Assembly: GCA_020248915.1 (NCBI GenBank)
Contig: JADCGP010000013.1
Coordinates: forward strand, 4,902 to 68,901
DNA from: Rubrivivax sp.
GTDB taxonomy: Bacteria; Pseudomonadota; Gammaproteobacteria; Burkholderiales; Burkholderiaceae_C
Direction of reading: 5' to 3'
Length of the DNA stretch: 64,000 bases
Positions 10,213 through 19,963 of the stretch are shown in pieces. Below the pieces are notes generated by a model that saw only the letters and a program-made list of their open reading frames with translations, did no database searches and was not told where the DNA came from. The translations under genes were made by a program, and so were the position numbers. The first letter of the stretch is position 1. Each line of letters opens with the position of its first letter.

Positions 10213-11508
10213 TCAGGGCAAGGCGATGTCCGGGGGCAGTGCGTCGAGGTCGATGTCGGGCAGGCGCCCGGCCAACCCGGGCGCGCTGCCGCCGGACTCG
10301 CCGGGCCGGGGCGGGCCGCCCCAGCCGAAGAACTGCAGCACCTCGTCGCGCCGCGACATCGTGTCGGCGTCGCCCAGTGCCATCAGCTCGCGCGTGAAGC
10401 TGCTCTCGAAGAGCAGGTAGCTGGCCAGAGCCGTCCCGCGCGCCTCGCTGCCGGTCCCGCTGACGCCGGTGCCGCGCAGCAGCGAGCGCACGGTGCGCGG
10501 CATGCTGGCCAGGTGCCTGGAGGCGATGTCGTCCAGGCGCTGCGTGGGCGCGATCACCAGCAGCTCGACCGGACGCAGCGACGTGTCCGCCAGCGCCCGC
10601 TCGGGCAGCAGCGCCAGCGTGCGGTTGATGCGCTTGAGCCGCTCGATGTCGACCGCCAGCGCGTCGAGGAAGATGCTCGACATCGCGTGGCCGGCGATCT
10701 GCGCCAGCGGCGGGTAGCCGGTGTTGGGCACGCGCCGGCCCTCCTCCGGCTCGGCCATCCGCCCGGCGCCGACGATCAGCAGGCGCTGGCCGCCGAGGTG
10801 GATCGCGGGCGACAACGGTGCCGTGTTGCGCATCGAGCCGTCGCCGAACCAGCCAGTCTGGCCCCGGTGCTCCAGTTCGGTGGCAGGGAACACGAAAGGG
10901 ATCGCCGAGGAGGCGAGCAGGTGCGCGTGCGTCAGCCGGCACGGGGCGGCGATCCGCTGCGAGCGCAGCCACGGCTCGATCGGCCGCGCGCTGTCGTAGA
11001 AGGTGAAGTGCTCGCCGCTGCTGTAGCTGCTGGCGGTGACGGCCAGAGCGTGCAGGTGCCCCTGCTGAAGCACCAGCGGGATGCGCTCGAGCGGCACGAG
11101 GCGTGCAATCAGCTCGGCCAGCGGCGCGTTGTCCAGCAGCGAGCGCGGTCGCGCGCGGCGCCAGCGCGCGATCAGCCAGCCCACGGACAGCATCGTCAGC
11201 CACTGGGCGCCGGAGCGGATCACGCCCAGCGAGTCGGCGCGGTAGATGCGGGCCGCGCTGAGGTCCTGCCAGACCCGGGCCAGCACCTCGACCGCCGCGT
11301 CGAAACGGTCGGCCTGCGCGGCCAGCGCGGCGGCGTTGATTGCTCCGGCCGAGGAGCCGCAGATGACGCCGAAGGGGTTGTTCAGGCGCGCCCGAGGCCC
11401 CAGCCGCTCGCGGCGCAGCCGCGCAATCGCCCGCAGCACGCCCACCTGGTAGGCCGCGCGCGCGCCGCCGCCGCTCAGCACCAGCGCGGTCAGCGGTGTC
11501 TCGTACAT
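10213..11508 (-). CDS. Patatin-like phospholipase
   Basis: LSGGGARAAYQ (oxyanion hole), GSSAG (nucleophile), DGSM (catalytic Asp). Confidence 0.9.
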   Translation of the reverse strand: MYETPLTALVLSGGGARAAYQVGVLRAIARLRRERLGPRARLNNPFGVICGSSAGAINAAALAAQADRFDAAVEVLARVWQDLSAARIYRADSLGVIRSGAQWLTMLSVGWLIARWRRARPRSLLDNAPLAELIARLVPLERIPLVLQQGHLHALAVTASSYSSGEHFTFYDSARPIEPWLRSQRIAAPCRLTHAHLLASSAIPFVFPATELEHRGQTGWFGDGSMRNTAPLSPAIHLGGQRLLIVGAGRMAEPEEGRRVPNTGYPPLAQIAGHAMSSIFLDALAVDIERLKRINRTLALLPERALADTSLRPVELLVIAPTQRLDDIASRHLASMPRTVRSLLRGTGVSGTGSEARGTALASYLLFESSFTRELMALGDADTMSRRDEVLQFFGWGGPPRPGESGGSAPGLAGRLPDIDLDALPPDIALP

Positions 11509-11571
11509 GCCCCGATGGTGCCGCGCGCGCGCGGTCGTGGCGCGCGGGCTATCCCGCAGCGCCGGGCCGGC

Positions 11572-14500
11572 TCACTCGTACATCACCGTGGCGGCACCGC
11601 CGCGGGCGACGGCCCGCCAGCGGCCGAGCGCCTCGTCGCAGGGCCAGAAGCGCACGCCGTCGCCGAGGTCGATCTCGGCGCTGGCCGAGCGGCGCTGCAG
11701 CCGCAGCCGCACCGCGAGGCCCTGCCGCAGTTCGCCGTGCTCGCTCTCGACACGCCGCGCCGGCCACAGCTCGAGCACGTCGGCCACCGGCGGCACGCCG
11801 TCGGCCAGGTCGACCGCCAGGTAGCGCCCGAAGCGCGCCCGTGCCGCCGGCAGGTCCCAGATCGCCGCCACGTTGAAGCGCAGCGCGCCGCCGCGCCGGT
11901 CGGGCTGGGCGCGGCCCTGCAGCACCACCAGCGCCTCGTCCTGCAGCAACGCGCGCTGGGCGCCAAGCGAGCCCTCGTCGATGCTGACCTCCAGCGCCAC
12001 CGAGCCATCGTCGACCTCGAAGATGCACAGCCGCCCGCGCGCGGTGGGCACGAAGCGGACCGCGCCGACGATGCCGGCGATCAGCTGCGGCTCGCGGCTG
12101 TCGGTCAGCTCCGCGATCGGCCGCCGCACGAAGCGGCGCACCTCGTCGCGGTAGGCGTCGAACAGGTGCCCGGACATGTGCAGTCCGAGCGCGGCCTTCT
12201 CGTGGCCCAGCCGCTCGCGCAGGTCCCAGGCGGGCACCTGCACGAGCGCCGGCTCCTGCGTGCTGCTGCCGTGGGCTTCGTCGCCGAAATCGAACAGCCC
12301 GACCTGCAACGCGTTGGCAGCCTGCGTCTCGGCCCAGTCGAAGGCCAGGCCCACGCTGGCCAGCAGCTGCGAGCGCCCGGCGCCCAGCGCATCGAAGGCC
12401 CCGGCCTTGACCAGCGCCTCGACGACGCGCTTGTTGACGCGCTGGCGATCGACGCGCAGGCAGAAATCGAACAGGCTGCGAAACGGCCCGCCGCCCGCAC
12501 CATCGGCGCCCTCGCGGGCGGCGACGATGGCCTCGATCGCGCCGGCGCCGGTGCCCTTGACCGCCGCCAGCCCGTAGCGCACGCGGCGATCGCCCACTGG
12601 CTCGAAGCGCGCGACGCCCCGGTTGACGTCGGGCGCCTCGAACTCCACGCCCTGCAGCCGCGCGTCGGCCAGCAGCACGTGCAGCTTGTCGGTGTCGTCG
12701 GCCTCGACGGTCATGTTGGCCGCGTAGAACTCGGCCGGCGCGTGCACCTTGACCCAGGCCGTGTGGTACGCCAGCACCGAGTAGGCCGCCGCATGGCTCT
12801 TGTTGAAGCCGTAGCCGGCGAACTTCTCCATCAGGTCGAAGACCTCGTCGGCCTTCGCCCCGTCGATGCCCTGGCGCGCGGCGCCCTCGCGGAAGGTGCC
12901 GCGGTGCTTGGCCATCTCCTCGGGCTTCTTCTTGCCCATCGCGCGGCGCAGCAGGTCCGCGCCGCCGAGCGAGTAGCCGCCCAGGATCTGGGCCGCCTGC
13001 ATCACCTGCTCCTGGTACACGAAGATCCCGTAGGTCTCGGCCAGCACCGGCTCCAGCAGCGGGTGCGGGTACTCGATCTCCTCCTGCCCGTTCTTGCGCC
13101 GGCAGAAGCTCGGGATGTTCTCCATCGGGCCGGGGCGGAACATCGCGTTGAGCGCGATCAGGTCCTCCAGCCGGGCCGGCCGTGCCTCGCGCAGCATGGC
13201 CTGCATGCCGCGCGATTCGAACTGGAACACGGCCTCGGTCTGCGCCTGCGCGAAGAGCCGGTACACCTTCGGGTCGTCGAACGGCAGCCGCTCGTAGTCG
13301 AAGTCGGCCAGGCCGGGCCTGCGCGTGCGGATGAACTCCCTGGCCAGCTCCAGGATCGTCAGCGTCGCCAGGCCGAGGAAGTCGAACTTGACGAGGCCGA
13401 TCGCCTCGACGTCGTCCTTGTCGAACTGGCTGACCGCGCTGTCGCTGCCCGGCTGCTGGTACAGAGGGCAGAAGTCCGTGATCCGGCCCGGCGCGATCAG
13501 CACGCCGCCGGCGTGCATGCCCACGTTGCGCACCAGCCCCTCGACCCGCGTGGCCAGCGCCAGCAGTTCGCGCACCTCCTCCTCGGCGGCCTCGCGCTGG
13601 TTCAGCTCGGGCGCCTCGCGGCGGGCGTAGATGGTGGTGTCGCGGTCCGGGTCGTGGCCGGCCGGCACCGGCGCCAGCGTCACCGTGCGCCCAGGCGGGG
13701 CCGGGATCAGCTTGGCGATCGAGTCGACGTGGCCGTAGGCCATGCCGAGCACGCGGCCGACATCGCGCAGCGCCGCCTTGGCCGCCATCGTGCCGAAGGT
13801 GGCGATCTGGCTGACCGCGTCGCGGCCGTAGCGCGCCTTCACGTAGTCGATGACGCGGTCGCGGTTGGCCTGGCAGAAGTCGATGTCGAAGTCCGGCATC
13901 GACACGCGCTCGGGGTTCAGGAAGCGCTCGAACAGCAGCTGGTAGGCCAGCGGATCGAGGTCCGTGATCGACAGCGCGTAGGCCACCAGCGAGCCGGCGC
14001 CGGAGCCACGTCCGGGTCCGACCGGGCAGCCGCTGGCCTTGGCCCAGACGATGAAGTCGCTGACGATCAGGAAGTAGCCCGCGAAACCCATCTGCACGAT
14101 CGTGGCGAGCTCGTAGTCGAGCCGCTCGGCGTAGCGCGGGCGCTCGGCGGCGCGCCGCGCGGGCTCGGGGTACAGCCGCTCGAGGCGGGCCTCCAAGCCG
14201 GCGACGGCGACCTGGCGCAGGTGGTCGGCCAGCGGAATGCCGCCCGGCGTGGGGAAGTCGGGCAGCTGGGGTTTGCCGAGCACCAAGCTCAGGTTGCACC
14301 GCATCGCGATGCGGGAGCTGTTGGCCAGCGCGCTCGGGACGTCCGCGAACAGGGCACGCATGTCGGCCTGGGGGCGGAAGTGCTGCTCGGGCGAGAAGCG
14401 GCGCACGCGCCGCGGATTGGCCAGCGTCTCGCCCTCGGCAATGCAGACGCGGGCCTCGTGCGCCTCGAAGTCGTCGCGGCCGAGGAACTGCACCGGGTGC

Positions 14501-15117
14501 GTGGCCACGACCGGGAGCCCGAGCTCCGCCGCCAGCGGCACCGCCGCCCGCACGTGCGCCTCGTGCTGGGGCAGCCCGGCGCGCTGCAGCTCGATGTAGA
14601 AGCGTCCAGGGAAACAGGCCGCGAGGCGCCGCGCGACCAGCCGCGCGCGCTCGCCGTCGCCGGCCAGCAGCGCCGTGCCCACGGCGCCCTGGTCGCCCCC
14701 GGCCAGCGCGATCAGGCCGCCGCCCTGCTCCTCGAGCCACTCCCACTTCAACTGCGCGAGCCCGCGCCCGGTGTTGCCGACCCAGGCCCGGGCCAGCAGC
14801 TCGCACAGGTTCAGGTAGCCGCGCCGGTCCTGCACCAGCAGCAGCAGCCGGCTTGGCGCCTTGTCTCCGCTGCCCGCCCACGTCGCGGCCGCCAGCGGCT
14901 CCATCCAGACGTCGGCGCCGAGGATCGGCTTGACGCCCTGGCTGCGGCAAGCCTGGTAGAACTTGACCGCACCGAACAGGTTGTCCAGGTCGGTCAGCGC
15001 CAGCGCCGGCATGCCGTCGCGCCGCGCCGCGTCCACCGCCTCGGCGATGCGCAGCGTGCCGTCGACGACCGAGTATTCGCTGTGCAGGCGCAGGTGGACG
15101 AAGGGCGCGTCGTTCAT
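11572..15117 (-). CDS. dnaE: DNA polymerase III alpha subunit
   Basis: PHP FVHLRLHSEYS, GRGSGAGSL, RVSMPDFDIDF, FAGYGFNKSH; no intein seen. Confidence 0.97.
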   Translation of the reverse strand: MNDAPFVHLRLHSEYSVVDGTLRIAEAVDAARRDGMPALALTDLDNLFGAVKFYQACRSQGVKPILGADVWMEPLAAATWAGSGDKAPSRLLLLVQDRRGYLNLCELLARAWVGNTGRGLAQLKWEWLEEQGGGLIALAGGDQGAVGTALLAGDGERARLVARRLAACFPGRFYIELQRAGLPQHEAHVRAAVPLAAELGLPVVATHPVQFLGRDDFEAHEARVCIAEGETLANPRRVRRFSPEQHFRPQADMRALFADVPSALANSSRIAMRCNLSLVLGKPQLPDFPTPGGIPLADHLRQVAVAGLEARLERLYPEPARRAAERPRYAERLDYELATIVQMGFAGYFLIVSDFIVWAKASGCPVGPGRGSGAGSLVAYALSITDLDPLAYQLLFERFLNPERVSMPDFDIDFCQANRDRVIDYVKARYGRDAVSQIATFGTMAAKAALRDVGRVLGMAYGHVDSIAKLIPAPPGRTVTLAPVPAGHDPDRDTTIYARREAPELNQREAAEEEVRELLALATRVEGLVRNVGMHAGGVLIAPGRITDFCPLYQQPGSDSAVSQFDKDDVEAIGLVKFDFLGLATLTILELAREFIRTRRPGLADFDYERLPFDDPKVYRLFAQAQTEAVFQFESRGMQAMLREARPARLEDLIALNAMFRPGPMENIPSFCRRKNGQEEIEYPHPLLEPVLAETYGIFVYQEQVMQAAQILGGYSLGGADLLRRAMGKKKPEEMAKHRGTFREGAARQGIDGAKADEVFDLMEKFAGYGFNKSHAAAYSVLAYHTAWVKVHAPAEFYAANMTVEADDTDKLHVLLADARLQGVEFEAPDVNRGVARFEPVGDRRVRYGLAAVKGTGAGAIEAIVAAREGADGAGGGPFRSLFDFCLRVDRQRVNKRVVEALVKAGAFDALGAGRSQLLASVGLAFDWAETQAANALQVGLFDFGDEAHGSSTQEPALVQVPAWDLRERLGHEKAALGLHMSGHLFDAYRDEVRRFVRRPIAELTDSREPQLIAGIVGAVRFVPTARGRLCIFEVDDGSVALEVSIDEGSLGAQRALLQDEALVVLQGRAQPDRRGGALRFNVAAIWDLPAARARFGRYLAVDLADGVPPVADVLELWPARRVESEHGELRQGLAVRLRLQRRSASAEIDLGDGVRFWPCDEALGRWRAVARGGAATVMYE

Positions 15118-15171
15118 GTCCAGCCCATTCTAGGCAGCGGCACCGGGGTGCCGGCCGGCGCGGCGCCTTCC

Positions 15172-15187
15172 TACAATGCGGTGCATG
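15172..15187 (+). promoter_or_regulatory. -10 element TACAAT, 7 nt upstream of ATG (leaderless layout)
   Basis: TACAAT 15172-15177, gcggtgc, ATG 15185. The divergent dnaE has TAGAAT (15127-15132, minus strand) 9 nt above its ATG. Confidence 0.6.
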
Positions 15188-16180
15188 GCATCGCAGGACG
15201 CCGCCGCAGCGGCGCAGCGCTCGTGGGGCTGGGTGCTGCGCATCCTCGGCGCGCTGCTGCTCCTCACGTCGCTTGCGCTGGCGCTGACCCGGGCCCCGGA
15301 CCTGCCGGTGGAGAGCCTGGTCGGCCGCTACGCCCCGCCGCCCTCGGACTTCGTCGAGGTCCGCGGCCAGGTCGTCCACCTGCGCGACGAGGGCCCGCGC
15401 GACGACCCGGAGCCGATCGTGCTGATCCACGGCACGGGCGCGAGCCTGCACACCTGGGAAGGCTGGGTGCGCGCGCTGAAGCCGGCGCGGCGCGTCATCA
15501 CGTTCGACCTGCCGGGCTTCGGCCTGACCGGGCCGTTCGACGGCGCGTACGCGCCCGACGACTACCGTGGGGAGACCTACGCGCGCTTCGTGATCGACCT
15601 GCTCAACCACCTGCGCGTGGAGCGCGCGGTGCTGGGCGGCAACTCGCTCGGCGGCGAGGTGGCCTGGCGCACCGCGGTTCTCGCACCGGTGCGCGTGGCG
15701 CGCCTGATCCTGGTCGACCCGGCGGGCGCCGACTTCGTGCCGCAGTCGCTGCCGCTGGGATTCGTCGTCGCGCGGACGCCGGGCCTGAACCGGCTCGCGG
15801 AGTGGATGCTTCCGCGCGAAGTGGTAGAGGGCAGCGTCGAGAACGTCTACGGCGACCCCGCGCGCGTGACGCCGGAGCTGGTCGAGCGCTACTACCAGCT
15901 GACCCTGCGCGAGGGCAACCGGCGGGCGCTGCGCATCCGGATGGAGCAGTTGGAGCCGGGTGCGGGCATCGAAGGTCTCAAGACGATCCGGGCGCCGACG
16001 CTGATCCTCTGGGGCGGACGCGACCGGTTGATCCCGCCCTCGGTGGCCCGGGTGTTCACCGAGTCCATCGAGGGCAGCCGCCTCGTGGAGTTCCCGGGGC
16101 TCGGCCACGTGCCGCACGAGGAAGACCCGGCCGCCACCGTGGGCGCGGTGCGGGAGTTCCTCGGTCTGCCACCGCGCTGA
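15185..16180 (+). CDS. Alpha/beta fold hydrolase with N-terminal membrane anchor
   Basis: HGTG, DLPGFG, GNSLGG nucleophile elbow, GHVPHEE; N-terminal TM helix. Confidence 0.9.
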   Translation: MASQDAAAAAQRSWGWVLRILGALLLLTSLALALTRAPDLPVESLVGRYAPPPSDFVEVRGQVVHLRDEGPRDDPEPIVLIHGTGASLHTWEGWVRALKPARRVITFDLPGFGLTGPFDGAYAPDDYRGETYARFVIDLLNHLRVERAVLGGNSLGGEVAWRTAVLAPVRVARLILVDPAGADFVPQSLPLGFVVARTPGLNRLAEWMLPREVVEGSVENVYGDPARVTPELVERYYQLTLREGNRRALRIRMEQLEPGAGIEGLKTIRAPTLILWGGRDRLIPPSVARVFTESIEGSRLVEFPGLGHVPHEEDPAATVGAVREFLGLPPR

Positions 16181-16324
16181 GCCGAAGGCCCCATCGGCCG
16201 TCTGCAGCGTGGGCGCGAAGGCCGAGTCCGGACGACCGGGACGCCAGCGCCTTCAGCCAGGCCCGCCCGCGCTCGCCGCGCTGGGGACACCGGTCGCGTC
16301 GCCGACGGCAGCCAGGCCCTCGGA

Positions 16325-17017
16325 TCACCCCGAGGCGACGGACGGCGCCTCCTCGATCCGCCCCGCCTCCATGCGCAGCTGCCGGTCGCAGCGCGCGGCG
16401 ATGCCGCGGTCGTGCGTCACGAGCACGAGCGTGGTGCCGAGCTCGCGGTTCATCTCGAACATCAGGTCCATGACCTTGCCGCCGGTTGCGAAGTCGAGGC
16501 TGCCGGTGGGCTCGTCGGCCAACAGCAGCGCCGGGCGCACGACGAAGGCGCGCGCCAGCGCCACCCGCTGCTGCTCGCCGCCGGACAGCACCTTGGGGTA
16601 GTGGCCCAGCCGCTCCCCCAGGCCGACCCGCTGCAGCATCTCGGTGGCGGCAGGCCGCGCGTCGCCGCGCCCGAGCAGTTCGAGCGGCAGCATCACGTTC
16701 TCGAGGGCGTTCAGGTTCCCCAGCAGCTGGAAGCTCTGGAAGACGAAGCAGACGCTGCGGGCCCGCAGTGCGGCGCGCTCGTCCTCGTCCAGGGCGAACA
16801 GGTCCTGGCCCTGCAGCCGGACCGTGCCGCGGGTGGGCACGTCCAGCCCGGCCAGGATCGACAGCAGCGTGCTCTTGCCCGAGCCCGATGCTCCGACGAT
16901 GGCCACCGACTCCCGCGGCCGCAACGTGAACTCGATGTCGTAGAGAATGGTCAGCGTCCCGCTGGTGTCGGCCACCTGCTTGGTGACGCGTTCAACGGCA
17001 ATGATCGAATCGGACAT
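16325..17017 (-). CDS. ABC transporter ATP-binding protein (YbbA/LolD-like)
   Basis: GASGSGKS, LSGGEQQRV, LLADEPTG, VTHD; head-to-head with tesA. Confidence 0.9.
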   Translation of the reverse strand: MSDSIIAVERVTKQVADTSGTLTILYDIEFTLRPRESVAIVGASGSGKSTLLSILAGLDVPTRGTVRLQGQDLFALDEDERAALRARSVCFVFQSFQLLGNLNALENVMLPLELLGRGDARPAATEMLQRVGLGERLGHYPKVLSGGEQQRVALARAFVVRPALLLADEPTGSLDFATGGKVMDLMFEMNRELGTTLVLVTHDRGIAARCDRQLRMEAGRIEEAPSVASG

Positions 17018-17693
17018 CGAGCGGTTCACCCGGCGAGACTGGACCTTGCACTGTAGCCGCCTGGCCGCGGTGGCGCTGGCGGGCGCAGCGGCATCCGCCC
17101 GGAGCCAGGGGGCTAGGCCGGGTCGGCAGCGCACGCTGCTGGTGGTGGGAGACAGCCTGTCCGCGGAGTACGGGCTGGCACGCGGCCAGGGCTGGGTCGC
17201 GCTGCTCGAGGCGCGGCTCGTGCGCGAGAAGCTGGCGTGGCAGGTGGTCAACGCCAGCATCAGCGGCGACACCACCAGCGGCGGCCGCTCGCGGCTGCCG
17301 GCGCTGCTGCAGCGGCACGCCCCGGCGATCGTGGTGCTGGAGCTCGGCGGCAACGACGCGCTGCGCGGCCTGTCTCTCGCCATGACCGAGGCCAACCTGG
17401 TGGCGATGACCCGGGCTTCGCGCGCCGCTGGTGCGCGCGTGCTGATCACCGGCATGGCGGTTCCGCCGAACTACGGGCGCCAGTACGCCGACCAGTTCGC
17501 GGCCCTGTTCTCGAAGGTGGCCAGGGCGGAGAACACTGCCCTCGTGCCGTTCCTGCTCGCCGGAGTGGCCGACGGGCCGCAGGCCGACAACCTCTTCCAG
17601 CCCGACCGCATCCACCCCCGCGCCGAGGCGCACCCACGCATCCTCGACAACGTCTGGCGCGTGCTCGGCCCGATGCTGCGCGCCGGGTCCTGA
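17001..17693 (+). CDS. tesA: Arylesterase / acyl-CoA thioesterase I (GDSL)
   Basis: GDSLS, NASISGDTT, ELGGND, DRIHP; N-terminal TRRDW plus hydrophobic stretch (signal). Start uncertain (16947-17046). Confidence 0.88.
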   Translation: MIESDIERFTRRDWTLHCSRLAAVALAGAAASARSQGARPGRQRTLLVVGDSLSAEYGLARGQGWVALLEARLVREKLAWQVVNASISGDTTSGGRSRLPALLQRHAPAIVVLELGGNDALRGLSLAMTEANLVAMTRASRAAGARVLITGMAVPPNYGRQYADQFAALFSKVARAENTALVPFLLAGVADGPQADNLFQPDRIHPRAEAHPRILDNVWRVLGPMLRAGS

Positions 17694-17736
17694 CGCCGAC
17701 GACGGCCCCACAGCGGCGCGGCGTGGGCGCGCCGCC

Positions 17737-19788
17737 TCAGCGCGCAGCCTCTCGCTCGCGCTGTCCCTGTCGCTGCTCGGGGATGCGCCGACGGTCGTCG
17801 GGCGCCTCGCGCGCTTCCTTCGGCTCGGCACTGCGCGGTGGCGCGACGAGCACTGGAGGCGCGGGCGTCGCGCGCACGGTCTGTGCCGGAGCCCCAGGCG
17901 CCGCGACGGCGCCGGGTACGGGAGCGGACGAGGGCCGAACCGGTGCCAGCCGGCCATCGTCGCTGCGGTAGACCCGTGCAGGGGGAACCACCGGGGCCGG
18001 GACGGGAGCGGGCACGGTGGCCAATGGCGGCGCCGGAGCCGCGACAGCGGACGGCGCCGGTGCGGCAGGGGGCGGCGCTGCTGGCTGGACCGGTACCAGG
18101 CGGCCGTCGTCGCTCCGGTAAACCCTTGCCGGCGGAATCCCCGGTGCCGGCGCAGGTACGGTTGCACTGAACGGCACCGGACCGGCGGCCGGGGGCGGAC
18201 CGACGGGTGCAGCGGGCGGCGCGGACGGGGACACCGCGCCGGGCACCACGGCCGGTGCCAGGGGAGCTGTCGGACGGGCCGACTCGGATGGAAAGGCAGG
18301 TGGCGGCGGGAAGGCCGGTGCCAGCGGCGTGGTCGGCACGGCCGGTTGCAGGGGTGTCGTGACAGGTGCCGGCCGACCCGGCGGCAGCGGCACCGCGCCG
18401 CCCGGGACGACCTGCACCGCAGGCGCGGAGACGGCGGGACTGGCCGGTCCCGCAGGGACCGCCGGCGCGACCTGGACCGCCGGCAACGGCGGCCGACCGA
18501 CCGGCACCGGCACGCGCGCCGATTCGGGTGCAGGCACCACTGCGCGCGCGACGGGCTGCTGCTGCACCAGCACATCCCTGGGCACCACCGTCACCGCGTT
18601 GGGCACGCCCTGGTTCCCGTACATGATCGGTCCGGTGGGCACCTGCGGTGGCGGGCGGTGGCCCGGCGGAAGCGGCTTCGGCGGTGGGCTGATGCGCTCG
18701 AGGTAGCGCGGCGAGTGGCGGTACCACGGCACGTAGGGATCGCGCGGCGCGAGCGGCACCCAGCCGACGGCCGGGCCTCCACCGATGCCGATCGAGATCG
18801 AGAAGTTCGGCCCGCCGACCCAGGCCACCAGCGCCGGCGAGTAGACCGGGCGCGCCACGTAGGTGCCGGGCACCCAGCCCCAGCGGCCGCGCCACCAGAC
18901 CCAGCGACCATAGTGGAACGGCGCAAAGCCCCACGGCGCGTCGTCGATCCAGGTCCAGCCCCACGGCCGCACCCAGGCCCAGCGCCCGAAGCGATAGGGC
19001 GCCCAGTCGGTGACCACGACCACGGGCAGCCAGATCGCACCGTACTCCGGATGGCGGTCCCAGCGGCCATGGCGGTCGAGCTCCTCGGCGCCGGTCATCT
19101 CGGGCGACACGTAGCGGTTGCTCGCGCTGCGGCTCTCGTCACGCTGGTCGGCCTGCAGCACCCAGTTGCCGAAGTCGTCGTCGGGCAGCACGCTCCAGTC
19201 GCGTCGCGCGGCCCCACCACCCCGCTCGCGCCAGATCTCGATGCGCTGCCCGGCAGCCACCGCCAGTGCGTCAGGGCCCTCGACGCGGATCTCGCCCCGC
19301 CATGCACCGGCAAAGCTGCTGTCGTCGATGCGGTCGATGCGGTAGTGGCCGCTGCGCACCGGGCGCAGCCGCGCCTCGGGCGTGACAACCTCGATCTCGT
19401 CGGCGATCTCGCGCGAGCGCACGCGCAAGGCCAGCCGGCCGGCATGCAGCTGGAACTGGATCGCCTCGTCGTCCAGGCGCAGCACCTCGAGCTCGCTGCC
19501 GCCGCCCAGCCGCAGCGTCGTCGAGCCGATGCGCACTTCGACGCGCCCCTCGGCGGCGGTCGACAGCCGGTCGCCCTCGGCCAGCGGGCGGTTGCGCTGC
19601 GGTTCGGTCCAGCGACCCTGCTCGGGGTCGAACCAGGACACGCGGCCCTGCAGGTCGACGAGGCGGCCGACGCGGCCCGGAGGATCGTCGCGCGCTGCTG
19701 CCGGCATCGCCGCCGCGACGACCAGCGCCGCGAGCAACAGGCCAGGCAACCGGCGCCACGATCCGAAGACGTGGCGGAGGATGTCCAT
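17737..19788 (-). CDS. Exported FecR-like + DUF6600 protein with long Pro/Ala-rich tail
   Basis: Signal peptide, DPPGRVGRL, Trp-rich WAPYRFGRWAW...PWGFAPFHYGRW...YSPALVAW, WVPLAP; low-complexity C-terminus. Family assigned from motif recall. Confidence 0.8.
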   Translation of the reverse strand: MDILRHVFGSWRRLPGLLLAALVVAAAMPAAARDDPPGRVGRLVDLQGRVSWFDPEQGRWTEPQRNRPLAEGDRLSTAAEGRVEVRIGSTTLRLGGGSELEVLRLDDEAIQFQLHAGRLALRVRSREIADEIEVVTPEARLRPVRSGHYRIDRIDDSSFAGAWRGEIRVEGPDALAVAAGQRIEIWRERGGGAARRDWSVLPDDDFGNWVLQADQRDESRSASNRYVSPEMTGAEELDRHGRWDRHPEYGAIWLPVVVVTDWAPYRFGRWAWVRPWGWTWIDDAPWGFAPFHYGRWVWWRGRWGWVPGTYVARPVYSPALVAWVGGPNFSISIGIGGGPAVGWVPLAPRDPYVPWYRHSPRYLERISPPPKPLPPGHRPPPQVPTGPIMYGNQGVPNAVTVVPRDVLVQQQPVARAVVPAPESARVPVPVGRPPLPAVQVAPAVPAGPASPAVSAPAVQVVPGGAVPLPPGRPAPVTTPLQPAVPTTPLAPAFPPPPAFPSESARPTAPLAPAVVPGAVSPSAPPAAPVGPPPAAGPVPFSATVPAPAPGIPPARVYRSDDGRLVPVQPAAPPPAAPAPSAVAAPAPPLATVPAPVPAPVVPPARVYRSDDGRLAPVRPSSAPVPGAVAAPGAPAQTVRATPAPPVLVAPPRSAEPKEAREAPDDRRRIPEQRQGQREREAAR
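17941..18132 (-). repeat. Duplicated motif PARVYRSDDGRL in the DUF6600 tail, 150 nt apart
   Basis: Copies start at 17941 and 18091 on the plus strand; 12 identical residues with 6 synonymous codon differences. Confidence 0.85.
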
Positions 19789-19963
19789 GCCCGCTTCAAC
19801 GCGGCGGCCGCGCCCGGCGCTGACCGCGGCCCGTGTAAAGCGGTGTTTCGGGCCCGCCGGCACGGCTGCCCGCGACCGCGCATCGTCGATCCGGAGGTGG
19901 CGCCAGGCCGACGCGGGCGGGTAGGCTGCATGCCTTGCGACCACGCCCCCGGAGACCGCAGCC

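Noticed and set aside
16254-16319. 11-nt direct repeat CAGCCAGGCCC (16254 and 16309) in a 144-nt intergenic gap
   Set aside because: Two short GC-rich copies with no array. Not CRISPR-like and not a target-site duplication around any element.
10513-16473. 1986-aa plus-strand ORF and other very long ORFs (11549-16117, 25287-29276, 22370-25807, 55206-59177, 49417-52614, 51438-54371, 2773-5622)
   Set aside because: Antisense or off-frame shadows of dnaE, smc, ligA, glnD, purL and rpsA. They are Arg/Ala/Gly/Pro-rich with no motifs, as expected when stop codons are scarce in high GC DNA.
17714-17727. 14-nt match (CGGCGCGGCGTGGG) to the right arm of the hairpin at 4935-4948, suggesting a REP-like family
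   Set aside because: Only two copies, almost all G/C, and the second lacks the full stem. Chance is plausible at this GC content; a genome-wide count would be needed.
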